Position numbers and translations under genes: made by a program
The notes under the pieces: model-generated
The model's input: the letters and a program-made list of their open reading frames with translations, nothing else
What the model was told of the DNA's origin: nothing
The model's database searches: none
Part shown: piece after piece, positions 11,131 through 23,227 of the stretch
Position numbering within the stretch: the stretch's first letter is position 1
How the letters are laid out: every line of letters begins with the position of its first letter
Assembly: GCF_021028975.2 (NCBI RefSeq)
Contig: NC_059426.1
Coordinates: 76,694,001-76,758,000, forward strand
Direction of reading: 5' to 3'
DNA length: 64,000 nt
Origin: Sphaerodactylus townsendi
Lineage: Eukaryota

Positions 11131-12067
11131 TGTCAGAATGAATGTGTAAAGCGCCATAGAGTGTGGGTTGGGTATAAAGAACACATATGCTTTTTATATG
11201 TGTGTTTACTAACTATAAAGGGAGGGTTACATGGAGATAAAATAAATCCATTCCTGTTACACATCTACGTTACTGTAATTTTGGTTACATCTTACTACCT
11301 ATCTGCTGTCTCGTGCTCGAGGTGGCACTGGTGTTGTGTCTGCTCAAACAAATTCCAATGTACATGCTCACTAACGTGTAAGCAATGGCTATCTCACTGA
11401 CCAATAGCTAATCAATAGATCAGGTCATAAACAGAGACTTCAGCAACTTGTTTACATACAAACCTTTTATAACTGCGTTGTTGGCTCCAATTTTGGCAGG
11501 CCCTTGCCCTCCTAACTCCAAACTGAATTATCTCCTGAATAATCAGGATCCCATTTTATTGGAAATGGTGGTCAATTTCCTGATTAATACTCTGAAATAA
11601 TCCTCTGGGCTTCCTTCTCTGTATATGTTTGTACACTTTTGACATTTCTCCCAGTTCTCTTATTTTGTCTAATTTTATCTGGTGTATTTGATGCCTAATA
11701 AAGGTTACTGTACAACTGAGTTGGGACAGACACTTGCAAAATCCCAACAGTGTGTTTTACTGGGAGCAACCACACTACTGCAAAAATAGTGTACAAGCTT
11801 TCAGGACCCAAGGTGGATTGCTTACAATGTCAGTCTTTCAGAGTGCCAGGCAATTTGTTGTTTTGTTGTGTGTGTGTGTGTATGTATGTGTGCACCATTA
11901 CACAAAATCCTAAGAATGTCATTATGAAATTGCTTTTATGTTTTTTAAAAACCTGCTAGGTTTTTCTCTACAGTTTATTTTAGAAGTAGATATCTCTGCC
12001 TTTCTGCACAACTGCTGAAAAGAATGTCACAACCTCAACTTACCTATTGCATGTTTCATCCCTACGT

Positions 12068-12307
12068 AGAAGAAAAAGAGGTTTTTATACCCCACTTTTT
12101 TTCTATTTTCAGGAGTCTCAAAGGGTTTACAACCATCTTTCCTTCTTTCCCCCACAACGGATACCTTGTGAGGTAGGTGGGTCTGAGAGAGTTCTGAGGG
12201 GACTGTGACTAACCCGAGATCACCCAGCAGGCTTCCTGTGGAGAAGTGGGGAATCAAGCCCGGTTCTCCAGATTAGAGTCTGCTACCTGTAACCATTACA
12301 CCACATG
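12068..12307 (-). mobile_element. Squam3-type tRNA-derived SINE
   Basis: Reverse strand has an A-box head (gtgtaatggtta), gaaccgggcttgattcccc, body cacctacctcacaagg and a (ctt)n tail. Confidence 0.85.
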
Positions 12308-13756
12308 ATATCCTATCTGTACAAGTAGATAGTGTCATACAACATACATGTCAGCTGTTAAACCGTTCATATTTTTTTTAAAAAAATGGTTAGGTCTGCA
12401 ATTAGATGTATGCTTATTTAAGTTCCACTTAAGCTGGATTGACTTTGGGTTGCCTGTCTGTGCTCCTACAGAGATAACAGTAAGAAAGAAATCTAGTGAT
12501 CCCATGCATGTGTGATCCAGAAGTCAAATCCACTGATTTCAACATAACACCACAGTATATCTAGAAATAGTGTTATGAGGCCATTGTAGGCAACATCAGA
12601 CAATGAGTTGCATTTGGTATCTGGAATTAGAACAGAATTTTAAAAAACTTCTACTTCACATTCAGCCAGTAACACAAAGATTATTTCTCATCCTGACCAG
12701 TGGCAACCAACAGCACCTTTCTGGTTTTCTAGTTTTACTGATTATTTCACCCCCAAGATTTCAGCAATGACTATGACAGTTGCAATAAACATGAACATTT
12801 TGTTCAAATTGTTTATTTAAACAGATTAGTAAAGATAACAGTTTCTTTTACTCCTTTCCACAAGAATTTCTCAAGAGAAATTACAAAATGAAATTACAAA
12901 ACCAGTTCAACAAATAGTATGATAAAATGGGCCCTGAATAACACTACAGCATATGTGTTTCTATGAAGAGTAATTTTATTGTGTTGAGGGGAACAAAGCT
13001 GATGTGGATCCAGCTGTCCCACATCTCAAACTACTAGGTCACAATTAGCAGTTCTCCTCTTCAGCTTTATTCCCCTCAACACAAGCGCCTCGGAAGTGTT
13101 TCTAAAAAGTGGGCAGGCCCAGGTAGGACTCTTCCTAGTTCTGATTGGCAGTGCCTAGGAAGGGAAAATGGTGCCAGGGACAAAATCACCCCCGCCCCAA
13201 AACACCTCACTTACTTTTTAAAGCCCTAAACCTTTTAAAGAGCAGCCTGTTATGGGCTGCGGAGGCAGCCTGAGGGGGAGGGGAGATATCCGGCCCCTTG
13301 GTAGCTCCACCTATGCTGATTGGCCATGAGTGAGTTAATTAACTGTGCAGATTTAAAAAAAAAACACTTGGTAGCAGCTGCCATCTGTATTGTATGATTG
13401 CAGGCAGGCTGTGGCAGCCATTTTGTGGCTGGCTCTGCCTCCTGATGTAGCCATTTTGTGCATATTCAATAGTATTAATCTCGTACACATCTCATACACA
13501 ATAGTATTAATCTCTTACCACCTTAATCTCAAAGCAGTATGGAATTTAAAGGGGGCTCTTCTGAATGGCCCTCTGTCCTCAAGTGGTGGATGGGCTGATT
13601 TGAACTCCTTCCCAGAGCTAGCTTGGACACAGTGTTGACCCAAGAGTGTGAGTTGCAATGAAATGCTTTGGGTCACATTGGACCAATCGCTCACTTTCCA
13701 TCTAATCTGTTTTACTGAGTTGTTGTGGTGATAAAATGGGGATGGGAAAAAATGAC

Positions 13757-14029
13757 NNNNNNNNNNNNNNNNNNNNNNNNNNNNNNNNNNNNNNNNNNNN
13801 NNNNNNNNNNNNNNNNNNNNNNNNNNNNNNNNNNNNNNNNNNNNNNNNNNNNNNNNNNNNNNNNNNNNNNNNNNNNNNNNNNNNNNNNNNNNNNNNNNNN
13901 NNNNNNNNNNNNNNNNNNNNNNNNNNNNNNNNNNNNNNNNNNNNNNNNNNNNNNNNNNNNNNNNNNNNNNNNNNNNNNNNNNNNNNNNNNNNNNNNNNNN
14001 NNNNNNNNNNNNNNNNNNNNNNNNNNNNN
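13757..14029. other. Assembly gap
   Basis: Run of N. Confidence 1.
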
Positions 14030-14034
14030 AGCTT

Positions 14035-14301
14035 AGAGACCCAGAATGATGCAGTGGTTAAGAGTGGTAAAAACTGGGGAACCAGGTTTGATTCCCCACT
14101 CCTCCACATGAGTGTTTCCCCCACTCTTGCACAGGAAGTCTGCTTGGTGACCTTAAACTAATCAGAGTTCTCTCTGAACTCTCTCAGCCCCACCTACATC
14201 ACAAGGTATCTGTTGTGAGGAAGGGAAGAGAAGTTTGTAAGCTGCTTTGGGACTCCTTATGGTTGAGAAAATCAGAATATAAATTGAAACTCTTCTTCTT
14301 C
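14035..14301 (+). mobile_element. Squam3-type SINE
   Basis: gcagtggttaagagtgg head, ggtttgattccccactcctccacatg, ctctcagccccacctac, (ctt)n tail. Confidence 0.85.
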
Positions 14302-14470
14302 ACAGCATGCTGTCAGGATTCTGAAGATGTCGGTACTGTAAAAATGGTTGGAGATGTGTCCTAGTCTTGCTGCATACTATTGTATACTGCTGCAGTTCCA
14401 TTTTCTGCACTGGTTATCTCATGTCTGATTCTTTTGGCATTGTTTTGCTAACTATTGTCATCCTATTTCT

Positions 14471-14769
14471 GATGGTTTCTGCACAGCCCAAATATATTGG
14501 GCTAAGGAAGCTATTTATCTCGTTTTGGGGACAAACTTCGCACAGGGCTATTCCCCAAAACGGATTCAGCCCGATATAGTTTCCTCAAGCACATTAACAA
14601 TCTTTTTGGAGAAAGCAAAGCAAAGAAGCCACACCAACCCAGACAGTCCAGACTGTCTGCAGCCTCTTTCTGGAGGGGTGAAATCTGCAGTGCAAAGGCA
14701 AACAGGGGAAACCGGGTTCATTACCAACGTGTCACACATGCGTTATTAGTGTGCTGTGCAGAAACTACC
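14471..14769. mobile_element. Old Harbinger-like MITE
   Basis: Terminal IR gtttctgcacagc / gctgtgcagaaac; TSD not clear. Confidence 0.45.
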
Positions 14770-15699
14770 ACAATGTTTATTACATGTTCTGTGCTATTTG
14801 ACAGCAGTGTTTTATATTACAACTAATCTGCAGGCTTGAAGCATGCAATAAAGGTTTTCTAGGAGGCACTGTTTCTTACAAGATCTGAGCCCAAAGCATA
14901 AATAATGCCTTGAAATACAAAAACAAAAAAACGGGTTAACTTCTAACTTGAATTACTCAGCCTCCTGACTCAACCTCATGAGCTGGCGAGGAGAACCCAG
15001 CAGTCATCTCCTATTGGCGTTTCCTTGTAGCTGGGCGAGTCCCCTAAGTATTTCCAGCCCTTGGGAAAACTCCAGGGCGTCGCCACAGCAGAGAATTTCA
15101 TGGACCTCCCTGGCATCGAAACCCGAGGTTAGGGCCAATTTTTTTTCAAGAGTCCAGACTATTGTGTTTTTGCCTCCTGAAAATGCATAGCAACACCTCT
15201 TCCTGCTGCCTGCTTGTTTCTTAATTGAAACAGATTCCTGTTCAGCCTCTCAGATCTAATGACGGTGGACCGATATAAACTATTAATATTAACATAAATT
15301 AGTTCGTAAGCGATTGGCGTCCGCACGTCCTCGCCCCTTTCTTCCCTTTACTCCACTATTTCCCTCGAAAAAAGTTTCTCATAACTTTCTCATCACACAA
15401 CCCAGAAAACCCACAACAATCAGTTCTCATAACTTTGCCTGACAAAGTTTAGTGAGCTGGGATCTCTGAAACGGAAGTTTCTGGAAAGATCAGCTAATAA
15501 CTGCCTGGGGTCTGGAATCCACGCAATTGCATTCGAGGCAAGTGAATCTCTGTTATGAATTCGGTACCATGGGACTCTGAAGACTCAGAATTTTATTCTA
15601 GAATAAATCTACACCTGATCTTCAAATATGGTGCAGTAACTCCTCACTTCGGCAGTCCTTCCCACGTAAGAGGAAAAACAGGGTTAAGTAACATGGTGA

Positions 15700-16460
15700 C
15701 ACAATTATGTAAAATTCAAATCGAATGTCGAAAACTGACTGTTCACTAGTTTTCCTTACCGACGCAATCAGCGGGGAGTCCCGGATATTGCAAACATAGT
15801 TACACCTATCATGACTCAGAAATCCCGAGAGCTCGTTCAACGCTGTAGGCGGAGACATATTGTGTTAAACTTTCCGTTTCCACCTTTGCATTGGATTTTC
15901 ACTCCCAGGGATTTCTTCTTTTCTTCTTTGGCTGGAGACTGTTTGCTCTTAAAATATTACTAGACTTATGTTTATTTTTGTTGCAACCTACTGACCAGAC
16001 GACCCTTCAAGAATGAAGAACATGTGTTTTTTTAATCAGCCTATTTATGCCCCGATCATAAACTCAGTTCGAGTAAGATTAAATCAGTGCGGGTTCTGTG
16101 GGGAAAGGAGCACCAATGGAATACGGTATCGTCTTTCTTTCTAAAGGAAAGAGGTGTCATGAAATGAAGAGGGTCGCTTATTATTTTAGTAGTCCCTCAT
16201 ACCTTCACGCTCGCCAGATGGCGCTGTGGAGCCAATACCGTCTACTGCATTTCTGATTTATACATTCTCAGTCGCATTCGTCCTGACGTCATGTCTAAAA
16301 GAAAGCAACGCTTAGCCTTAGATGTTGCCCCGCAACATCTCTGATTGGTTACAAGGGCAGCAGTTCAAGCTGCGATTGGTAGAATGCTGACGGTATTCGC
16401 ACATCATGGGGCATCTGAGTTCCTGACCGTTATTTGAAATTTCCCTATGCCTGATGTGTC
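15700..16460. promoter_or_regulatory. Orphan CpG-enriched promoter/insulator block (CTCF, CRE, three CCAAT, MYB+CHR, ISRE-like, kB-like, AP-1)
   Basis: CTCF tcgccagatggcgctg 16211-16226; TGACGTCA 16284-16291; CCAAT 16232, ATTGG 16344 and 16375; CCGTTA-TTTGAA 16427-16438; GGAAACGGAAAGT (-) 15869-15881; GGGGAGTCCC 15773-15782; TGACTCA 15812-15818. Confidence 0.6.
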
Positions 16461-17951
16461 TATTCCACCCTTCAGACGAAGAGCTGTTGCGGCATGAGTG
16501 GTTCTTCCATCCTCATCATCATGAGGTAGCGTAGGCTGACAGACTGGCCCAAGATCACCCAGAGTTCACAGAGATATGAACCTAAACCTCCCCAGTCTTT
16601 GCCGTTTATACCGCCGTCAAATATACGTTTCTGCTCAATCCACAGCTTCCTGTTAAAAACATGCTCAAACAGCATTGCGCTAATCCCCCAACCAAGTGAT
16701 CCCCCACAAACACAAAGTGTCTCTTATTTAGCGAGGGAGTTGCTGTTTTTTCCAGTCTGATGATAAAGTGAAACAAAAACTTCATTCTTATTTTCTAATG
16801 CAATCAATAAAGGATATTACACTGCTTTTGTTTTTGTATTTTTTGTAATTTTGGGAAATACAAAATGTAGAGGAAATTGAGTTGATTAGGGATGTAATGA
16901 TGGGGTCCTCCACCCATCCACTAAGTATTATTAACCAGTTGGGTGGCCCTTGATTCTTTAGCTAGTGTATAATCTAAATTACAGTCCAGTTCTGTTAATA
17001 CAATGATATCTTCCTCCAGTCTTGCCCTTATAAGGGACTCTTATATTTCATTTACATTTATATTTCATTTTACACTAGAGAGATATTTGCTCAACTGCTG
17101 ATTTTGATATTTTCAAATGAAGGCTGCCATTTTCCCTAAGATTAAGGCTAAGGTATAGTTCCAGCCTCCACTCAGCACCTCCTGCAGCCTATCCAGCAGA
17201 AGATGCAAATACAAAGCATTCACTACAAATTAAAGGAAGATGCCCATAATCTCCATGCATCCCCAATGGCACTGTAAATGGTTGGTATTGGGCACATGAG
17301 ATGAGATGTTGTCTTGATGCTTCTGTTAGACTGGCATTGAATTAACACACACACAAAAAGCTGATTTTTTAAATTAATATTTTAAGGGTTCCATAGACAT
17401 GAGAGAATAATGCTGTCATAAGGTCTGATTTCAAGATGACAGCCCTAATTCAAGATGGCAGCTTACTGCTTCTGAGGCCAGTATCTTTAAGAGTAATTAA
17501 TGGGAGAGTCTTGAGGCAAATACTGAATGAAATCTGAAAGCTGTGAGAGATGTTTATAATGACATAGGAATGGAGCATCATGTCATTAGATAAGAAAAGG
17601 CATAGTTGAAAACTGCTACCATACATTTGGATCAAGTCATATTGTAGATTGCAAGAAATATATTACAACAAATCAGAACAATCTTCAGGTAAATAAACAC
17701 ATCATGAGCAGCATGAATCACACAGTTTATAGCAGCATCATAAATTTTAAATTACAGAAAAATTCTGCATGTAAAATTTACACAACACTGAAACAAACAC
17801 CTCTTACCTCGTCCCAGGACTATTGCTCGGTGGCATCAATGCAGTCCTTAATAGGAAGCATAAGTCTGAATATTTAACACCTAGCAGAGGCTCAGTACAG
17901 AATAAAAATTAAATATGCTTTTAACCCCTAATTCAACGTATAGGTCTGATC

Positions 17952-18021
17952 CATTGGTTTTAGTACAACACAGTATTAAAGCACATCTCATTGGTTTTAG
18001 TACAGCACAGTATTAAAGCAC
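17952..18021. repeat. 37-bp tandem duplication (cattggttttagtaca[a/g]cacagtattaaagcaca)
   Basis: Direct reading. Confidence 0.9.
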
Positions 18022-18844
18022 AACCCATGGAATTTAAAGAATATGACCTTACTGAGTCAGCAATCTATTCTGTAGATTTTGTTATCAGCTCCTCCATTTG
18101 TTTAGTGGTAGACTCTCTGGTGAAATAGCAGCCATTTTAATATCACTGTTTCATACTGATTTGTGGAGCAGTTATAATTATGATCCTGATGACATTGCAT
18201 TGTACTAGTGTAACCCCCATGCCCAGAATGGGTTGACCCAGTAAGGGGGTGGAGACTCGGAGCAGCAGAGAGGCTGCAAGAGCTCTTTTGCAGAAGAACA
18301 AGGCTACCAGACTTGGACCTTGATTTCTATAAGCCCTTAACACCTTGTTAAGGTAATTTCAATATTGTTGGGAACTACTGGGAAGGTAGTTGTTGTTTTG
18401 CTATGTTGTAAATGTTGGAGTTTATTGTTTCAGGGTTTTCTTGTGTGGTTGTAATGGGTGAGAGTTCTCCTGGAAACCTTCATCATGTTGCAACCTGTTC
18501 ATCAAGCCCTTGGAGTCTTCAAAACCAACCACCAGCAAAGAAGAATTTGGACTTGGCAATATCAGTAGACTGTAAATAGAAGGACTTGAAATGCAACCTG
18601 AACAGGACCTTGAATTGTAACGTTAAATGTTGATGTTTTACAAGTGTTAATTGTAAAGAAAAGTAAACCATTTTGTTGTTTAAAAATTGGTTCTTTGCAA
18701 CTCCTTCCAAGTACTGCCCCACAGAACCCACAAGCTGAGGTTACACTAGCATTTCTGATGAGACTTTTTTTGCTCTCTATTGTAAAAAACACCTGCAAAT
18801 GCAGTGTGTTCTGAATTGTTCACATTGGACAAAGAGCATGTGTA

Positions 18845-19085
18845 GGCCAGCATGGCCTATAGCAGTTAAGAGTGGCAGACTCTGAACTGGAGAACCACTT
18901 TTGATTTCCCACTCTTCCACATGCAGCCTGCTTGATGTCCTTGGCCTAGCCACAGTGGTCTCAGAAGTCTCTCAGCCTCACCTAACGCACAAGGTGACTG
19001 TTGTAGGGAAGGGAAGATGATCTGAGACTCCTTAAAGGTAGAGAAAAGCAGCATATAAAAACCAACTCCTCCTCGTCGTCGTCTC
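18845..19085 (+). mobile_element. Squam3-type SINE (diverged)
   Basis: gcagttaagagtggcagactctgaactggagaacc head; gagactccttaaaggtagagaaaagcagcatataaaaaccaactc tail. Confidence 0.82.
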
Positions 19086-21168
19086 TGCTGCCTGTTGCAT
19101 TTTGAGTGCAAAGTATAAAAACTTGATAGATTTTGCCACAAAGCGCAGCTGCTACTTTCATTTACTACAAAATGTTTACAAGAGATCAGACTGAAAAGTA
19201 AATGAGAGTCACATGTCAAACAATGTCATCCATGGCTGGGGGGAGGGCTGTGGAGCCAGTGTGATCCTGGTGCTAATCTCATTGCCAGTCCATGTGGCAT
19301 AAATGGCCCTGATGCTGCTGTGGTGGCCACTGAGGCTGGCACTGGGGCTCTGTATTGCCTGGTGCTAATTTGCTGCTGGAGCCCATGCCAGCACCAATGG
19401 GGGTGTTCTCAGGGGCAGAACCAACTTTAGTCAGCTCCCTGACGGTTTTCAGCCCAGAACATCTCCTTTGGTTGGCATTAACTTACACCAGCTAAAAGTG
19501 TGGCATAGCCCATTGGCAGCCCAAGTGTGGTGCAACTGCATAGGAGAGTTTCAGGGTGGCTGGAATATTTCCCTCTTTGTGGCAGCGTGTGGCACTGGGA
19601 ATCTCTTGGGTGGTGGTGGGGCTGTGCTGGCCCAGCCATGAAACTACCCCCCCCCCCCGCCCCCGGTGGACTGGACTGAAAACAATATACAGCTTTTCCA
19701 GGGCTACATATCATGTTTCATAAAAAATTAGTTGCAATGGAATCATTCACAACTAATAGCTGCTCTCCTGTCTACTAGCAATATAAGCAATTTCATGCAT
19801 TCTGAGATGGGGATATGACTGAGGGTTAATGCCTAGATGTAAAACAAGAGTTTCAGGGTGTGTAGTCTTTAGAACTCTATTCCTGGGATTGGGAATAAGC
19901 CCCATCAAATAAAATGGGACTTCCAAGCAGATAGTGAAGCTGACATGGCCAGCTATGAATTAAAGGACCAGACGGTGGATGAAATTAATCAAAAATCAGG
20001 AAAAATCACACTATCCCACTAATGCCTGGATTGCAAATGACTAAGAGTGTTTGCCACACCATTTCTAAAGTCCAGGAGAATATCATGCTGAGAGGAGGGT
20101 CTGTGACTTAGAGGCTGAGCACACACCTTGCATGCTGCTGGTTTCAGGAACAGTCTTCAGCAACACCTTGGGGGTGTCTAGATAAAAATGGGGGGCTGGC
20201 AACATGCAATCCAATAAAGGACAGGGTGCTACAGTTCTGGTTTTCTGCAAACTCTGTACAACAGATGTTAAGAGAGCATTTTCCTTAAAAAGGAATAGGG
20301 CTGCAGTGTAACAGAATGATTCAGGAAGACAAGTAGAGGGAATGGGTCTGTGGACTATACTACTATGTTTTATTTGTTGTTGTATATTTTTAATATTTCT
20401 CTCACAGCATTATATTTCTATTATTAAATATTAATTAAATATTAAATATTATTTCTTGCATTGCTCAACATGTCATGTTGAATACTTATGTCAGGCAAGA
20501 CAGACAAGACAAGACAGAAACCTTTACTGGCATAATGTTTATGCCTAATTGCAGATTTCTGCTGTCCTAGTCCTGTTACATGGTTTGTTAGATTTCCTCA
20601 TCCTTTTGATTTACGTTATCTCTCAGTGAGAAAAGTGTCTATAAGTAACATAAATTAAATAAATATGCAGTAGATGCTAAGCTTACTACTAGTGTAGCAA
20701 TACCAGTCCTAACGCTCTACACTAGTAGTTAGATGGATGTTATAGCTATCCTCCGTTGCTTTGTTAGGTGAAAGTATTTTATTCTGTCCCTTTGAAGTTT
20801 CAGGGCAGCGTTGATCCACCAAAGGAGAAAAGGAACAAATAACCATAACCAAATAATTATTAGGGTTCTTAGGACTTCTGGGGAATTGGCAAGAAAACTA
20901 ATGCATGAAAAACTGTCTTCCAGGCCTGTCGTCATTCATGCAAACTCAGGAATTGAGTGTTCATGAGACATGCCAGTCTAGTGTAAATATTCATGATCAA
21001 AACCGTATGTTTGGTGGGGAATACAACTGACACCCCTAGCAGTGATAGCTTGCTTTTCCCTAGTTTCCCGGAATCACATTCCTTTTTTTTCCCCAACTGT
21101 ACTTGCTTATTAAACCAAAAGATTACCCAAATACCTATACGAGTAAAAAATGGTTTTAACACTCGCCG

Positions 21169-21173
21169 AAAAA
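21169..21173 (-). terminator. Pol III terminator (TTTTT) of the tRNA-Ala gene
   Basis: T5 run immediately 3' of the tRNA on the minus strand. Confidence 0.85.
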
Positions 21174-21175
21174 GC

Positions 21176-21248
21176 TGGAGAATGCGGGCATCGATCCCGC
21201 TACCTCTCGCATGCTAAGCGAGCGCTCTACCATTTGAGCTAATTCCCC
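21176..21248 (-). tRNA. tRNA-Ala (anticodon AGC)
   Basis: GGGGAATTAGCTCAAATGGTAGAGCGCTCGCTTAGCATGCGAGAGGTAGCGGGATCGATGCCCGCATTCTCCA: 73 nt, full cloverleaf, G3:U70 alanine identity pair, Pol III T5 terminator 2 nt downstream. Confidence 0.97.
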
Positions 21249-21399
21249 ACTGTCAGAATACTCCGCTTACTACATGATCTTATCTAACATTACCTTTTGA
21301 TCGGTCTCCTGCTGTTTCTTACTGATCTTGTTTTTGGTATTATTGTTTCTCTCCAGTCTTCAGACAACTCAGCAAATCAAGCAGAGGAGCCTCTGCCCT

Positions 21400-21900
21400 T
21401 TTGTCACCGCGAAAAAAGACTATAGGACACAAGACCACATTTCCCATGATGCCTTAGAGTGCGCCTGCGTGGCATCGTCCTGGGGTGTCTCAAGGCGCAG
21501 TCAGCGAGTTTCTGTAGCGCGGGGGCTGCCAGCGTTGCGCGAGGCGGGGACTGTTTGTGCTGCTCTCGGCGCGCGGCGGCATCCTTGGCCAAAGAAGGAT
21601 GAAGAGCGCGCGCGAGAAGAAGGAGGAGGAAGGAGGGCTTCTCGCCAGCTTTGCGCGCCTCTCTTGCCCTGGTCTGAGGTAAGGAGAAGAGAGCCGTCTT
21701 CCCTTCCCAAAAGCGGCGCAGCGGTTGATGCCCGGAGCGGTACCGCCGGAGGGGCTATGAGAGGTTGCCTGCGACTGCGAGCAAGGTAAGAGGCAGCGCG
21801 TGCTCTGTCTGCCTGCCTCCGTCTGCAGGAGCGGAGCGACAACGGCGGCGAATTGTGGTGTGTTTGGAAAAGGACCTGGTGGCTGGCAGCCTGGGGGAAA
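21400..21900 (+). promoter_or_regulatory. CpG-island promoter and non-coding first exon(s) of an unidentified plus-strand gene; candidate donors after 21678 and 21785
   Basis: Dense CpG; ZNF143/SBS-like accacatttcccatgatgcctt 21434-21455; NRF1-like tgcgcctgcgt 21460-21470; GAG|gtaagg and AAG|gtaaga donors followed by G/T-rich intron-like sequence. Confidence 0.75.
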
Positions 21901-23145
21901 GATGAGCCTGCATCAGGGATGGGGAAGGCGGCTCTCTGCGCAAGTGTGGTGTGGGGCGAAGAGAGGCTCCTCGTGTGTTAACGAGGGAGGCTGCAAGGAG
22001 GGTGTGTGTTCAGGAGTGGGAGTGTGGAATTTGTCTTCTCTGGGTATGGGCGTGCTGAGGGTGTATGATGCCAGTGGTGGAGTAGTAGAAACACTTTGGG
22101 TTGAGAGGTCGGTGGTGCTTATGCGATCCCGCGTAGATCTTGCCTTGCCTTGGGCCGTGAATGGAGGGGTACAGCTGCTGGAAGGCATAAAAGTTCATTC
22201 TACCGTTGGAATAAGTAAGGATGTCCTGAGAGGTAAATAATGGGTCAAGCTATGATCTATATTGCTTATGTCTGTATTTGATTACACCCACCAGGAGTGG
22301 AGTCGCTGCTAGTTGGACCTTTGTGAATATTCTTTTTCAGATTTTATGCTTGCTTTGCTTAGTTGGCACTTTGCAAGGGGAAAGAGGTTGTACAGGAGAG
22401 TTATGTTGTGGTTAAATTCCTACCACTGGAATAGAAAGGATGTGTTTTCTTTATGAATAGGATGCTCAGATATTAAAGAAGAGAATGCAGTACACTTTTT
22501 CTAACACCCAAAAGATAGGGTTGGACCTCTTTATATCAACATACAAAAAGTTTATTGTTCTCTGCAAAGTATGTTGTAACAGCCACAGATCAATTAAGAT
22601 GGCTTCTTGTTATGCTTTCACAGAACCTTGCAAACATTTGTAGGTGACTTCGTGCTATGTGAAAGGATTTGCATGTTAGTAACATCTGGGCCACTGTGAA
22701 TACAGAAGACTTAATGGAAACTGTAAAACAGCTCATCATGGAATTTTAGGGTTTTTTCTGACAAATGGGACGTTTTGATTTTTCTGAAATAGGAATGCTC
22801 ACATAGAATTGTGATGTAGCTGAACTTTCATAATGAAACTATTTTTCATGGTTAGAGGAGGATGTTATTGGAAGACATAGATAAAATAATGGAATTTATC
22901 AACTGTATTTTAAGATCTGTTTTCACAAAAGAAACTGTTGCAGTATGTTCTCAAACAATTGACATTGTATGTAACAAGATAGACAAAGATTACAAGTCAT
23001 AAAACAGTGACCAATTAAACCTATTATGTTACATTCCATTGGTTTTGTTGTAGAAAACTTATTTCGTGTGATTTCTGCTGTGGATATCAATAAGCAGTGT
23101 AATTATAATGGGATGGAATATCTGATGTAGTATATACAAATGAGA

Positions 23146-23227
23146 CTCTAAAAACATTGAGTGCAACCCACAGAAAGGCAGTTAGACTCAACTGCCTTTC
23201 TGTGGGTTGCACTCAATGTTTTTAGAG
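23146..23227. repeat. Perfect 38-bp inverted repeat with 6-nt loop
   Basis: ctctaaaaacattgagtgcaacccacagaaaggcagtt-agactc-aactgcctttctgtgggttgcactcaatgtttttagag. Confidence 0.97.

Noticed and set aside
14955-15177. Minus-strand ~57-codon open frame after a tttcag acceptor as a coding exon
   Set aside because: No recognisable homology, and its phase does not fit the candidate upstream exon ending at 15760.
21328-22240. Long ORFs in the CpG island
   Set aside because: Low-complexity GC-rich translations crossing splice donors; no known protein recognised.
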